From the IMG/VR virus record IMGVR_UViG_3300027917_004314: 64,000 nt of DNA; one strand, given 5' to 3'. Below, in pieces: positions 49,732 to 59,796 of this stretch (positions are counted from its first letter, which is position 1; each line of letters starts with the position of its first letter). Position numbers and translations under genes: made by a program. Origin of the DNA: a virus. Taxonomy: Duplodnaviria; Caudoviricetes. The notes below the pieces were generated by a model that worked only from the letters and a program-made list of their open reading frames with translations, had not been told where the DNA came from and did no database searches.

Positions 49732-52700
49732 ATGGTAACTTTTAAAAGCTTTGATAACATTGTCCTTGACATGGTGCAACAACTTAGGTTAACACAGCCT
49801 AGTTTGGATACCAAACCTGCAACGGTGGCCAGAGATCTTATGATTGATCTGCAGGCACAACAAGTGTCAGAAATCTATGAGGCACTTAGAGAAATTGCCG
49901 CATTACAATCGATTTCTAATGTTACTGGGCAAGACCTCACAAACTATGCATCCAACTATGGTGTTACTAGACAAAGCGGAACGAAAGCAATAGGAACTGT
50001 TGTTTTTACATTCAAAAACATAGACTCAGATATTACCATTTCTGCCGGCACTTTGGTGAGGACAGCAAACGGCCTTCCATTTTCAACTGTTTCCGCAATC
50101 AACATAACCACCTCCCAAGCAAATTCATTGCGCGCCACCGCCACACGACTGCGCGATCGGTTAAATACGGCTGGTATTACAGATGAATTTGCTGTAGAAG
50201 CTTCTGTGGAAGCAAACAGCGCTGGTTCAATCGGCAACATTGCTTCTTATTCTATTACACTTACAAATGCGAGTGATGCTAATAATGTTACAAACTTATC
50301 TTCATTTACTGGCGGTTCAAATTTAGAAAGTGACGCTGCGCTAAGGTCGCGTATTCTCGCAGCATTTGCTGGCACAAACGTAGGTACAGCTGTTGGTTAT
50401 AGAAGTATAGTATTGAATCTTGCTAGTTCTATAGATGCCCTGGTAGTTGAGCCCGGTGATCCATTGATGACAAGGGATGGCACGGTTACTGTTGTAGATT
50501 CTAATGGGACTGTGACTGTATCAGAACCCGGAACAGGAGGTAGGGTTGATATCTATATCATGGGAGAAAACCTGCAATCTGCTACAGATAGCTTCGTCTT
50601 CAATGACTTAAGTGGCAGAGGAGACCCTACGGATTCCAATAATGATTTTATTATGGGTCAAAGCAGCTTGACTGCTGATACTAGTTTAACACTAAATTCT
50701 AGAAGGGTAGCAACCTTGTCTGAGGGTGCAGAGATACCAACACAACCGGTGTCTAATATAGTATCAGTTAGTGGCAGTTCCTCTGGTCCTAATTTTGTAG
50801 AACAATATACTGACTCGGCAGGAAACCTACAAGGGAATTATGCATTAGTTAAAGATACTGGCGCAGCTGGTGGTAGCCCATTTGGTTTAGACAAATTTGT
50901 ATGGACTTCTGATCGAATAGAACTAGAAGGAGAGTCGGCTGTAAAAGGAGAATATAATAGCATTGACGAACTTACTTTTACAGATATATTAAAAGTTGGA
51001 GCTATAGACCAAGAGGTCCAGGTTACCAATGAAAATTCGTCTGTTTCAGCCTCTAACAGAAGTTATATAACTGTCAGCCACACGCCTGTTAAAACTGTAA
51101 CCAGAGTTTTTAATCTAACGACTGGCGAGAGGTATACAATTATCGATCAGAATCCAGATGGTTCTGGTAGCACAAATACTACTGGACGGGTTCAAATTAG
51201 TGGCAGAACACTGCCAACGGCTAGTGATATATTACAGGTTGACTATATTTGGGTTTTTCCACATGACCAATATGTTGACTTCGATAATTTTGACCCAAGA
51301 GATACGCTAGATGAAGCACAAGATTCGGTAGAGTGGGGATTCTCAAACTACATTAGAGACGAAATTACAACGGCGGTGCTAGATTCGTACAATAATCTGA
51401 CAGTCACTACTACATATCCGATTAGTCGTATACTTTCCGTTAATACCTATGAAACGGAAGTGGCTGTAGTAAGTTCTCAGAGCACCATGACAGTGTCAAA
51501 GGCTGTGAGCAACATACACAGCATCACAGATACGACACTATCTGGAAATCCTGAAATTTATAATACAAGCGCAGGCGATGGCAGTTATTCAAATTTGGTA
51601 ATTACTTTGCCAACCGACACCATAGCGGAGTCTGGGGATTCTGCTACTGTGATATATAATTTGGTAGATATTTCAGATGTAGATGGATATGATGTTGCTA
51701 CCGCCTTGAACAATGTTATCACCCTCAATCCTTATACCGTCGTGTCGACTGGGACAAGTGTAAGAGTCAATTATGTAGCAGATTTCCTTAATATAATGCC
51801 AACTACCAACATATCGGCGCTTCCTGTGTCAACTGATGGATTTAATTCTTTTCTTGACGTTGGTGGTTACCAGCCGGTACAGAACACCTATTCGGGTAGT
51901 ACGGTAGTAACAAATCAGAGAAGGTCGCCTAGCAATCTGAGTGTAACTACCTCTAGCATACCGGATAGCGGTACGCTTAGGATTGTCGGTACAACAATTA
52001 ATAAGGTTACAGATGCCGTATTTACTTCGACGTCAACAAATTTGGATTTCTCAGTTCCAATTAGAGTTTCAGAAGGCTTGTCAACTAGCGCCATCATTCC
52101 TAGCACAATATATATAGCCAGGATTGTGTCACTAGAAGAGGTAACATTATCTACTTCAAATGAGGTGCAGACTGTTGTCACAGACTACGATCTTACCAAC
52201 TATGCAATTAAGAATTCTCGATGGGATCGGGCCAATGCTATAGAACAAACCGCTCTATTGGCAACAAGGGCGCTTTTAACATCAACGGAGACTAATACCG
52301 GCAGTCCGATTCGTACAGGTACGATTCTACGTGCTACTTTCTATTATGCCAAACAAAATGATTCAGAGGATTTATTTTACTCGCGAAATGGCACGGCTAT
52401 CACAGATAAAAGATTTGGGGCTGTGTCTTCGATTAGTAGAATAGCCGGCTTCCAAAATTCTAGCGGCACCGTCAGCGGCAGAGTCTTAATAGATTCTTTT
52501 AACCAGCCACTACCCAATATAACATACCTTGTCGATTATGATTATACAGCCCCGAAAGAAAATGAGAGAATTACAATAAATTTCGAATACAATAAATTAA
52601 TTGTAGATGCAACACAAGCTGTAGAAAATGGCCGCCCCATTACTGCCGATGTTCTAAGCAAAGCGGCCACAAAAATAGAGCTGGACGTAGAGGCCGTTAT

Positions 52701-52971
52701 TATTGTATTAGACAGTTTTAGTAACAAAGAAACAACGGTACAACAAGATGTTACAAACAACATTTCTGCTACGCTAAATGCGTCGGCGCTTGGAACAACG
52801 CTAGATAAATCTGACATTTCTGCTAACGCATATAATGTGGCCGGATTGGATAGGATAAGAATCACCAGGTTTAACAAAACTGGTGTTTTAGGAACTGTAC
52901 TCAGTGTAACTGCGCAAAAAAGTGAATATCTGGCGGCCGGAACGGTTACCGTTACTGTGGAGGAACGTTAA
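49732..52971 (+). CDS. Baseplate J-like wedge protein with insertions
   Basis: GQDLTNYASNYGVTRQSGTKAIGTVVF...GSIGNIA...FTGGSNLESDAALRSRIL. Confidence 0.85.
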   Translation: MVTFKSFDNIVLDMVQQLRLTQPSLDTKPATVARDLMIDLQAQQVSEIYEALREIAALQSISNVTGQDLTNYASNYGVTRQSGTKAIGTVVFTFKNIDSDITISAGTLVRTANGLPFSTVSAINITTSQANSLRATATRLRDRLNTAGITDEFAVEASVEANSAGSIGNIASYSITLTNASDANNVTNLSSFTGGSNLESDAALRSRILAAFAGTNVGTAVGYRSIVLNLASSIDALVVEPGDPLMTRDGTVTVVDSNGTVTVSEPGTGGRVDIYIMGENLQSATDSFVFNDLSGRGDPTDSNNDFIMGQSSLTADTSLTLNSRRVATLSEGAEIPTQPVSNIVSVSGSSSGPNFVEQYTDSAGNLQGNYALVKDTGAAGGSPFGLDKFVWTSDRIELEGESAVKGEYNSIDELTFTDILKVGAIDQEVQVTNENSSVSASNRSYITVSHTPVKTVTRVFNLTTGERYTIIDQNPDGSGSTNTTGRVQISGRTLPTASDILQVDYIWVFPHDQYVDFDNFDPRDTLDEAQDSVEWGFSNYIRDEITTAVLDSYNNLTVTTTYPISRILSVNTYETEVAVVSSQSTMTVSKAVSNIHSITDTTLSGNPEIYNTSAGDGSYSNLVITLPTDTIAESGDSATVIYNLVDISDVDGYDVATALNNVITLNPYTVVSTGTSVRVNYVADFLNIMPTTNISALPVSTDGFNSFLDVGGYQPVQNTYSGSTVVTNQRRSPSNLSVTTSSIPDSGTLRIVGTTINKVTDAVFTSTSTNLDFSVPIRVSEGLSTSAIIPSTIYIARIVSLEEVTLSTSNEVQTVVTDYDLTNYAIKNSRWDRANAIEQTALLATRALLTSTETNTGSPIRTGTILRATFYYAKQNDSEDLFYSRNGTAITDKRFGAVSSISRIAGFQNSSGTVSGRVLIDSFNQPLPNITYLVDYDYTAPKENERITINFEYNKLIVDATQAVENGRPITADVLSKAATKIELDVEAVIIVLDSFSNKETTVQQDVTNNISATLNASALGTTLDKSDISANAYNVAGLDRIRITRFNKTGVLGTVLSVTAQKSEYLAAGTVTVTVEER

Positions 52972-55900
52972 TGGCTAATAACCTGCGCATTCAAAGACTG
53001 GCGGTTAAAAGTAGCACTTTATTAGAGTTGTCTTTTAACTACCCTTTGGATTCTGGTATAGGAATTAACAACATAACAATCGAGGGTGCTAGCGGTGGCA
53101 CCAGTGATGCAACCATTTTATCAGTATCTGTATCTACAAACATCTTAAGTATTAGTGTCAGGCCACTTATACCAAGGGCGCATTATAAACTTACTGTGCG
53201 GTCTACGTCTTCTCAAACAGTCACTGGCGTGCATGGGCAACCATTTCTTGAGGATGGTGCCACAAATGTTGTATTTTTTGTTGGACAGCAAGAAGAAAAT
53301 GTTGTTAGAGATGATATTCTTGGAGAGCTTAATAATGGCATTTACAACACTGATGAGGGGACGTTAATTTTTGATACAATCGACGCCGGAGCGAAAGAGA
53401 TTTTAGTTAACGGGCAAATCGCCGGTGAAGTGCGAAGCGCTAATTATGTCTCCATTGAAGTAGCAGACGAAATATTGACGAGAGGAGAAGGCCCATTTGA
53501 CAGGTTTGCCAATGAGAGTGTTTTTCAAGTGTTAAGGGTTGGTTCCACGTCCACCGGAGCATCTGCTGCAGCCTCCATATCTTTTGCCGAATTTCCGTCT
53601 GATCCTGTTAGTTTACAAAGGGTATTGGTTGAAGACGAAGAGGTGTCAAACACATCTAATGATGCGAACAGTTTTGTTGGGTTAGATATTAGTTTGTCAA
53701 AAAGTCCTGTTATTCAGCTAACATCTCTTACTTTAACTAGAGATACAACTACATATACATATGATATTAGCGCCTATAAATATGGTGTAAAAGAAAGTAA
53801 ATATGATACAGATAACTCATATCAAGCTATAGATCTCGATGATAATCAAATTAGATTAAGTAGCGCGGCTGTTGGACCAACATTCCCATTCCCACAAGGC
53901 AGCGATACAATTACTGCATCGTATTACTATAAAAGGGAAGGTAGGATTGTAGAGTCAGACACTGTAGAGGTATACACTCCGGTTGATATTGTAAGGGAAT
54001 CAGTACCCGCTGTATCAGTGGCATTTACACTTGGCAACGCGCCAATCATTAATAGTGCTGGTGACATCCCAACTTTGAACGGCGTTACCTGGCTTGATCC
54101 CGGACAGAATTTTGATCCAACAAAAAAGCATGCTGCCTTTACAACAGAACTAATTTACAACACATCAAACTTACCTAAGGCGCCAGGCGAATACTCAGTA
54201 AACTACTCAACAGGTCAGGTTATAGTCTTTGGAGTAGACGGCAGTGGCGTAGATGGTACAACTGTAACGCCGCCGGTAGCATCTTATAAATATAAAAAAG
54301 TTTTTCAAGAAGGTTTGGATTATAGATTTTTCTCAGACATAAATGAAATAGCATCACTGCCAGGCAGAGACCTTCGAGATGGTCCCGGAACTGTTGCATT
54401 TGAATATGAAGATACGTTTGCAGATGGCTCAGATTTTGAATTTTCTTCCCACATCGAGGTTATTGATGAGAGAGTTAATAACAATTTAATTGATACAATA
54501 GGATTGAAAACTACTTATAGCCCTGTAAGAGAAGTGTTTAGAATATTTAATGAAACAACCGGCGAAATCTATACTACCACAAGGATAAATGGAAATGAGG
54601 TATATTTTTCTTCTGTGAGCCCACCAAACACTGTAGATGTCTCTCGTGAAAGAGTCGAGTTTGATCAAGTAATTCAATCGCAATTGGTAGTTACAGATGA
54701 ACTTACCATAGCTGGTAAAGCATTTGTTGCTTTTAGGATACTATTTACTGATTCAGATATTATGTCCGCATCTGGTAGTTTTATCGGGGCAAGTTTTAAC
54801 AGCTCTTTAACGTTTTCTGACACCACGATATTCGAAGATGAGTTCTTTTATGACCCAAACGACACCGTAAACGAAAATTTAGCGAGACTGCAGAACGTTG
54901 GCGATTATATGGTTAATTATGAGTCTGGTATTGTATATGTAGCTGCCACTTCTGGATCCAGCACAGCTGTTGGTGATGCATCATATCGTCGCGGCAAAAT
55001 TAAAACCAGAAACGACCATATTATCCGTGTCGACGATGTGTATAGAAGCGCAAGTGTGACAGCTGCAAACACCGAAACTATGACTGTTGGTACGGTTAGT
55101 GATACCACGGTAGATATTACAAATCTGTCTCATGTGGGTGAGCGCACTGTAGATGGCGCCACTATTGACGTTTCTAGCACTTCAACTATAACGGTAAGTT
55201 CAGATATATTCAGATTGTCGCATGTCTATCAGGTTACAGATTTGCAAACCAGATGTGATCCGATAGATTTTGCAGAAAGTGCTGTTGTTTCTTCTGGCAC
55301 TCCAACTGTAGTTACATTGGATGAATATGGTGTGGCAATTACGGATGATAATTACGGATCCGGCTTGTTGGTGAAAACTGCCGGGTCTAGAGAATATGTG
55401 GAAGCCGAAAGAATATCAACAATGTTTGCTGCAGGCCTAGCAACATTGGTTTCAGCCATTAGTGTGAATCCTCTAGATGATACGACCAATTACTATTCGC
55501 AAGGCGCCGACGGATACATTGATGCTGTAACTAATAGGATTTATTTGCCGACAGGGTCTGGTATCGCTGGCAGTTTGGTGGAAGCCACATATAAGGTAGC
55601 TTTACGCCCCGGCGCGTCCGTATTGGTAGACTATATTACAGGCGAGATGTTTATAGATTATACGTATACTACTGATGAAATATTAATTAGCTACGAATAT
55701 GGGGATAATGTATTGGATTGGAGTATCTCAGATTCCCTGAGTTCTGGTACTGAATATTATGTGACCTATAGATATGGTGCGCTGAGGCAACCATTGGTGG
55801 ATAATTTTGGGGTTTTAACCAGTCTGGAAGAGCTAGCTACCATACCAGATGCATTAGATAGAGAAACTTATCGTAATGCTGTATCTGGCTCACTCCAATC

Positions 55901-58900
55901 ATTTATTAAAGGGCCAACAATTCCGGCTATAGAATTGTTGGTCGAGGCTTTTACACAGATAACCCCCAACATTACCGAATCTGTTTTCTTAGAGTGGATT
56001 TTGGGCAGAGATTCTCTACACTTAATGGAAATGGAATTATCTGCTGATAGCGACGATGATTTGCCGACCTATGCTCCTGGCAAGTTTGGCAACGGTTTGC
56101 TGCTAAACAAAGCGGGACAAACGGCTACAATTCCAGCTAATTCTAATATAAGTTTCCGCGAGGGTACGTGGGAGGCTTTTGTAACCCCAGAGTGGAAGGG
56201 GATAGATAATGATGCTACTCTGACATTTGATATACTTTTTGATGGACAAGAGCGCCTCAATAATATATTTATCGGAGCAGACGCCGCTAACCCAACAGAG
56301 ATTCCGTTCTCGTTGGATAGCACTGACCCAAGCGTGCTGGGTAGACCCAGCAATTTACATTCAGCAACTGGATATTTCATTTGGTTTGACACGTCAGCAA
56401 GCAAATGGCGCATGCGTAATAGGGCTCCCATATCTGAAAGCCGTTTGTTTTCTGGCAGGATTACAACTTCAGGCGAGTTCCATGACGTAAAAGTTGCTAG
56501 TACTGCAGATGGTTACGATGGATATGACGGCTATGAGATAAATGAAATAAACGATTCTCTAAGATCGACAAACGAAACTATCAGATTTAGTTTTGTCGTA
56601 GACGGATATGATTCACTTAACATGGCGTTTGATGCCTATGACGCGTATAATGGAGATATTGCAGGGTTTGATGGAATAGATTTTACATCGGACGATATAC
56701 ATTATTTCTTTGATACCGGATATTTAGCGAACAGGTGTCGTATGTCATTGTACAAAGATGGCAAGGGGTTTCTTCGTTATAGAGTTTATGACGGCATTGG
56801 CCGCGTCAAAATGTTAAGTCACAACATTAATGATTGGGGTCTTAACGAAACTCACCACATTGCAACGTCATGGAAAATAGGCACTATAGAAATGAAAGAC
56901 GAGTTACACTTATTTGTGGATGGCGAAGAAGTTCCTAATACATATAGATTTAGTGGTTATTTAAGCGTGCCGGGTAGCTCGACACTATATATGGATGAGG
57001 CTTCAGAAATTCTAATTAGCTCTGTATCCAGCCCAACAATAGGTGGCATTGATCTTTCCACCACATCTGGGTCTGATATTGTATCATCTGTTGGTTCGGA
57101 TTTCAGTTCGGTGACGGTTGGTAGCAGATTTTTGATTCTAGATAGTACTGCTGATGGCGTTGCCACACAAACATCGCCGTATGTTTATGTGAGATCCATA
57201 CCGAGCCCAACATCTCTGCAACTGGAGACGGGCCCACCAGGGTCTGGGACACCATACAATGCGGTTTCAACTTTAGACGATGTAAGATTTTCTGTGAACC
57301 CGCTTACTTTAGAAACAGTAAGTGACCCCGAAATAGAAAGAATAAGAGTATTTGAGTTAGACACTGGCGGACTTGAAACAGAGCTTTATTCGCCATCAAC
57401 GCTAACTCCGGATTACGGATTTACAGAAGATGGATACAACGATATAGTTAATATTTATAACGGTTTGGCCGTAGGTTCGAGCGTAGTGTTGAAAACTTAT
57501 GGTCTAAACATCCAACGATGCATCAATTATGCGTATGTTTGGCCAGACAGATTGACAAATTTGCTAAATGTTGTGACACCTCCGCCAACAGCTATTTCTA
57601 AAATTAATGTCACCAATTTAATAACTAGGCGAACATCTGTTGGTTTGGGCACATTCGCTCTGATAGCGACTATAGTGGGTGGACACATAGTACCTGTGTT
57701 GACGTCAAACCTGGAGTTTTGTCAACCATCTAATACCATAACTGGCAGAAGACTTACGGCAACATTGTCTGGGGATAATATTAGTTTCTCTGGACTCAAT
57801 CGGATATTTATTATCGGATCAACGTCAGATGGCTATGGCTTAGAAACTATAACCTTTACATCTACTGGTAAACAAACAACTACCGGTTATTTCACAGAAA
57901 TTACAGATATTATAGCATCATTTACACCTATAGATTCTAGCAGAGATGCCGGAAGCGTTGAAATTCGAGAAGCCGTCCCTATAAATTGGCAAGAAAATGA
58001 TGGCTATTATGCAGAAATACATCTGTCAGTACGGGAGCAGAATGGCATTAACGGCACCGCCACAGTAGGAACTGGCAGGGTAAGAGACGTTTCTGCTAGA
58101 TTTGGGGAAGAAGATATTGGTAAAACTTTCAATATAGATTCGCCTGGTTCTATTGCTGGTGTATACACAGTACAAGATGTCCCACTAGATCCATCTGGCA
58201 CAGTAAAAGACTCAGATACGGTAATTTTGGACACAACGTGGGGGGATGGATATTCTAGCATTCAATGGCGGCTACTTACCACTTCCTATGGTGACAGTGG
58301 TTTTGCCAACGGACTGCTCACTTTTGAGACTGTTGGCACAGGCGGAGATCCATTTTTGCTTAGAAGTTGTTGGTACGAGGTAGACCACCCTGCATTTCTG
58401 ATTATTCCGTGGGATCAAATCCCAGATAAAATATATGTCGGCTCTGACATGAATGGAGAAAACCAGGCAAACGCAGTTATAGACGAGATGCGTATATTAG
58501 ATGAGCTGTCGGTTGACACTGGCCTTGGGGAATCTGCACCAAGTTCCGGAAGGTCCATAACAACAGATTCTTTGGTAGTGGAGGAATTTACGGAAACAAC
58601 TCAAACGCTCGGATTATTCCATTTCAATGATGACGTTACAAATAGCGCTGATTTCTGGTCCAGTTTTTCTGGCTCGTACAGACAAAGCGAAAACAGCGTT
58701 AATAGCAATTTTGAGCAATCTGGGGTGTTTATTTATAATCAGCCACTACAGTATGATAACGCATCCATTTTTAACAATGATGAGGGCACGATTGAATTTT
58801 GGATTAGTCCAATTTTGGACGGGTATAACGACCCGACAATTAGATACTATGTAGATTTGTCACCAGATTTGCAAGCTGCAGCGACGGCAGTTTCGGCGTT

Positions 58901-59783
58901 GATAGTACCACTACCGTCTAGGGCCAGATCAGTAAGCTCTGTAACTATAACGGGCAGTGATACCAACTATTTCACGAATGGTAGCCTATCTGCAGATGGC
59001 AATACTGTCACTCTTGGGCAGCCACTTCCAGGAAATGTCCGTGATGTTACAGTTACATTTGTGCCGATAACCAGTCAGGGAGATAGATTTAGCATTTTTA
59101 AAAATGCAGCTAATTCTTTAATACTACGCGTAATTGCTTCCGGAATCACATATCAGATTACAGTGCCGATATTCTGGAAAAAGAATACGTGGCATAGAGT
59201 TTTCGTGGGTTGGGATCTGAACAATTTAGATAATCAGGATAGACTTATTATGTTGGTAGATGGAATGGAAACCGGGACTGCCCAGTATAGCAGTGACTCT
59301 GTCGTGCTAGGCTCCAGCAAGGTAGGGACTCGGGCTGCTAGAAACATTATGACTGACATTAACCTTGTTGATTCATTTAATACGGTTAATATTGGCGCTG
59401 ATTTTGCGGGTCAATACTCGGCATTGGCAAGAATTGATAATATGAGATTTTCTAGTGAGTTAAGAACAGTTACATATCTGGGTGGTGAAGGACCAGGTCA
59501 ACTACTGGGAAGAGATTTAATATATACAAGTAATACTGATACAGCACAACCAGTTGTTAGTGATGCGCTTACACGATTGTTATTAGATTTTGACACTACG
59601 CAGACCGAAGTAGAAAATCTAATCACTATAAGAAATGCTACTACTGGCATATTCGACTTTTTTGTAGAAGTTATCGATACGTTTAGCCTTGCAGATACGC
59701 AACTGGCGCACGATTTGATTGAAGCACTAATTAATAGGATAAAGCCGGCTCACACCAGAGCTTTTGTGAGCTTTACGAAATAG
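52971..59783 (+). CDS. Giant baseplate wedge / fibre-attachment protein with an Ig-like domain and two LamG-like domains
   Basis: 2270 aa. GPTIPAIELLVEAFT wedge motif; EGTWEAFVTPEW...HHIATSW...LFVDG and EGTIEFWISP...WHRVFVGW; ends INRIKPAHTRAFVSF. Confidence 0.7.
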   Translation: MANNLRIQRLAVKSSTLLELSFNYPLDSGIGINNITIEGASGGTSDATILSVSVSTNILSISVRPLIPRAHYKLTVRSTSSQTVTGVHGQPFLEDGATNVVFFVGQQEENVVRDDILGELNNGIYNTDEGTLIFDTIDAGAKEILVNGQIAGEVRSANYVSIEVADEILTRGEGPFDRFANESVFQVLRVGSTSTGASAAASISFAEFPSDPVSLQRVLVEDEEVSNTSNDANSFVGLDISLSKSPVIQLTSLTLTRDTTTYTYDISAYKYGVKESKYDTDNSYQAIDLDDNQIRLSSAAVGPTFPFPQGSDTITASYYYKREGRIVESDTVEVYTPVDIVRESVPAVSVAFTLGNAPIINSAGDIPTLNGVTWLDPGQNFDPTKKHAAFTTELIYNTSNLPKAPGEYSVNYSTGQVIVFGVDGSGVDGTTVTPPVASYKYKKVFQEGLDYRFFSDINEIASLPGRDLRDGPGTVAFEYEDTFADGSDFEFSSHIEVIDERVNNNLIDTIGLKTTYSPVREVFRIFNETTGEIYTTTRINGNEVYFSSVSPPNTVDVSRERVEFDQVIQSQLVVTDELTIAGKAFVAFRILFTDSDIMSASGSFIGASFNSSLTFSDTTIFEDEFFYDPNDTVNENLARLQNVGDYMVNYESGIVYVAATSGSSTAVGDASYRRGKIKTRNDHIIRVDDVYRSASVTAANTETMTVGTVSDTTVDITNLSHVGERTVDGATIDVSSTSTITVSSDIFRLSHVYQVTDLQTRCDPIDFAESAVVSSGTPTVVTLDEYGVAITDDNYGSGLLVKTAGSREYVEAERISTMFAAGLATLVSAISVNPLDDTTNYYSQGADGYIDAVTNRIYLPTGSGIAGSLVEATYKVALRPGASVLVDYITGEMFIDYTYTTDEILISYEYGDNVLDWSISDSLSSGTEYYVTYRYGALRQPLVDNFGVLTSLEELATIPDALDRETYRNAVSGSLQSFIKGPTIPAIELLVEAFTQITPNITESVFLEWILGRDSLHLMEMELSADSDDDLPTYAPGKFGNGLLLNKAGQTATIPANSNISFREGTWEAFVTPEWKGIDNDATLTFDILFDGQERLNNIFIGADAANPTEIPFSLDSTDPSVLGRPSNLHSATGYFIWFDTSASKWRMRNRAPISESRLFSGRITTSGEFHDVKVASTADGYDGYDGYEINEINDSLRSTNETIRFSFVVDGYDSLNMAFDAYDAYNGDIAGFDGIDFTSDDIHYFFDTGYLANRCRMSLYKDGKGFLRYRVYDGIGRVKMLSHNINDWGLNETHHIATSWKIGTIEMKDELHLFVDGEEVPNTYRFSGYLSVPGSSTLYMDEASEILISSVSSPTIGGIDLSTTSGSDIVSSVGSDFSSVTVGSRFLILDSTADGVATQTSPYVYVRSIPSPTSLQLETGPPGSGTPYNAVSTLDDVRFSVNPLTLETVSDPEIERIRVFELDTGGLETELYSPSTLTPDYGFTEDGYNDIVNIYNGLAVGSSVVLKTYGLNIQRCINYAYVWPDRLTNLLNVVTPPPTAISKINVTNLITRRTSVGLGTFALIATIVGGHIVPVLTSNLEFCQPSNTITGRRLTATLSGDNISFSGLNRIFIIGSTSDGYGLETITFTSTGKQTTTGYFTEITDIIASFTPIDSSRDAGSVEIREAVPINWQENDGYYAEIHLSVREQNGINGTATVGTGRVRDVSARFGEEDIGKTFNIDSPGSIAGVYTVQDVPLDPSGTVKDSDTVILDTTWGDGYSSIQWRLLTTSYGDSGFANGLLTFETVGTGGDPFLLRSCWYEVDHPAFLIIPWDQIPDKIYVGSDMNGENQANAVIDEMRILDELSVDTGLGESAPSSGRSITTDSLVVEEFTETTQTLGLFHFNDDVTNSADFWSSFSGSYRQSENSVNSNFEQSGVFIYNQPLQYDNASIFNNDEGTIEFWISPILDGYNDPTIRYYVDLSPDLQAAATAVSALIVPLPSRARSVSSVTITGSDTNYFTNGSLSADGNTVTLGQPLPGNVRDVTVTFVPITSQGDRFSIFKNAANSLILRVIASGITYQITVPIFWKKNTWHRVFVGWDLNNLDNQDRLIMLVDGMETGTAQYSSDSVVLGSSKVGTRAARNIMTDINLVDSFNTVNIGADFAGQYSALARIDNMRFSSELRTVTYLGGEGPGQLLGRDLIYTSNTDTAQPVVSDALTRLLLDFDTTQTEVENLITIRNATTGIFDFFVEVIDTFSLADTQLAHDLIEALINRIKPAHTRAFVSFTK

Positions 59784-59796
59784 GAGGAATTTTCTC

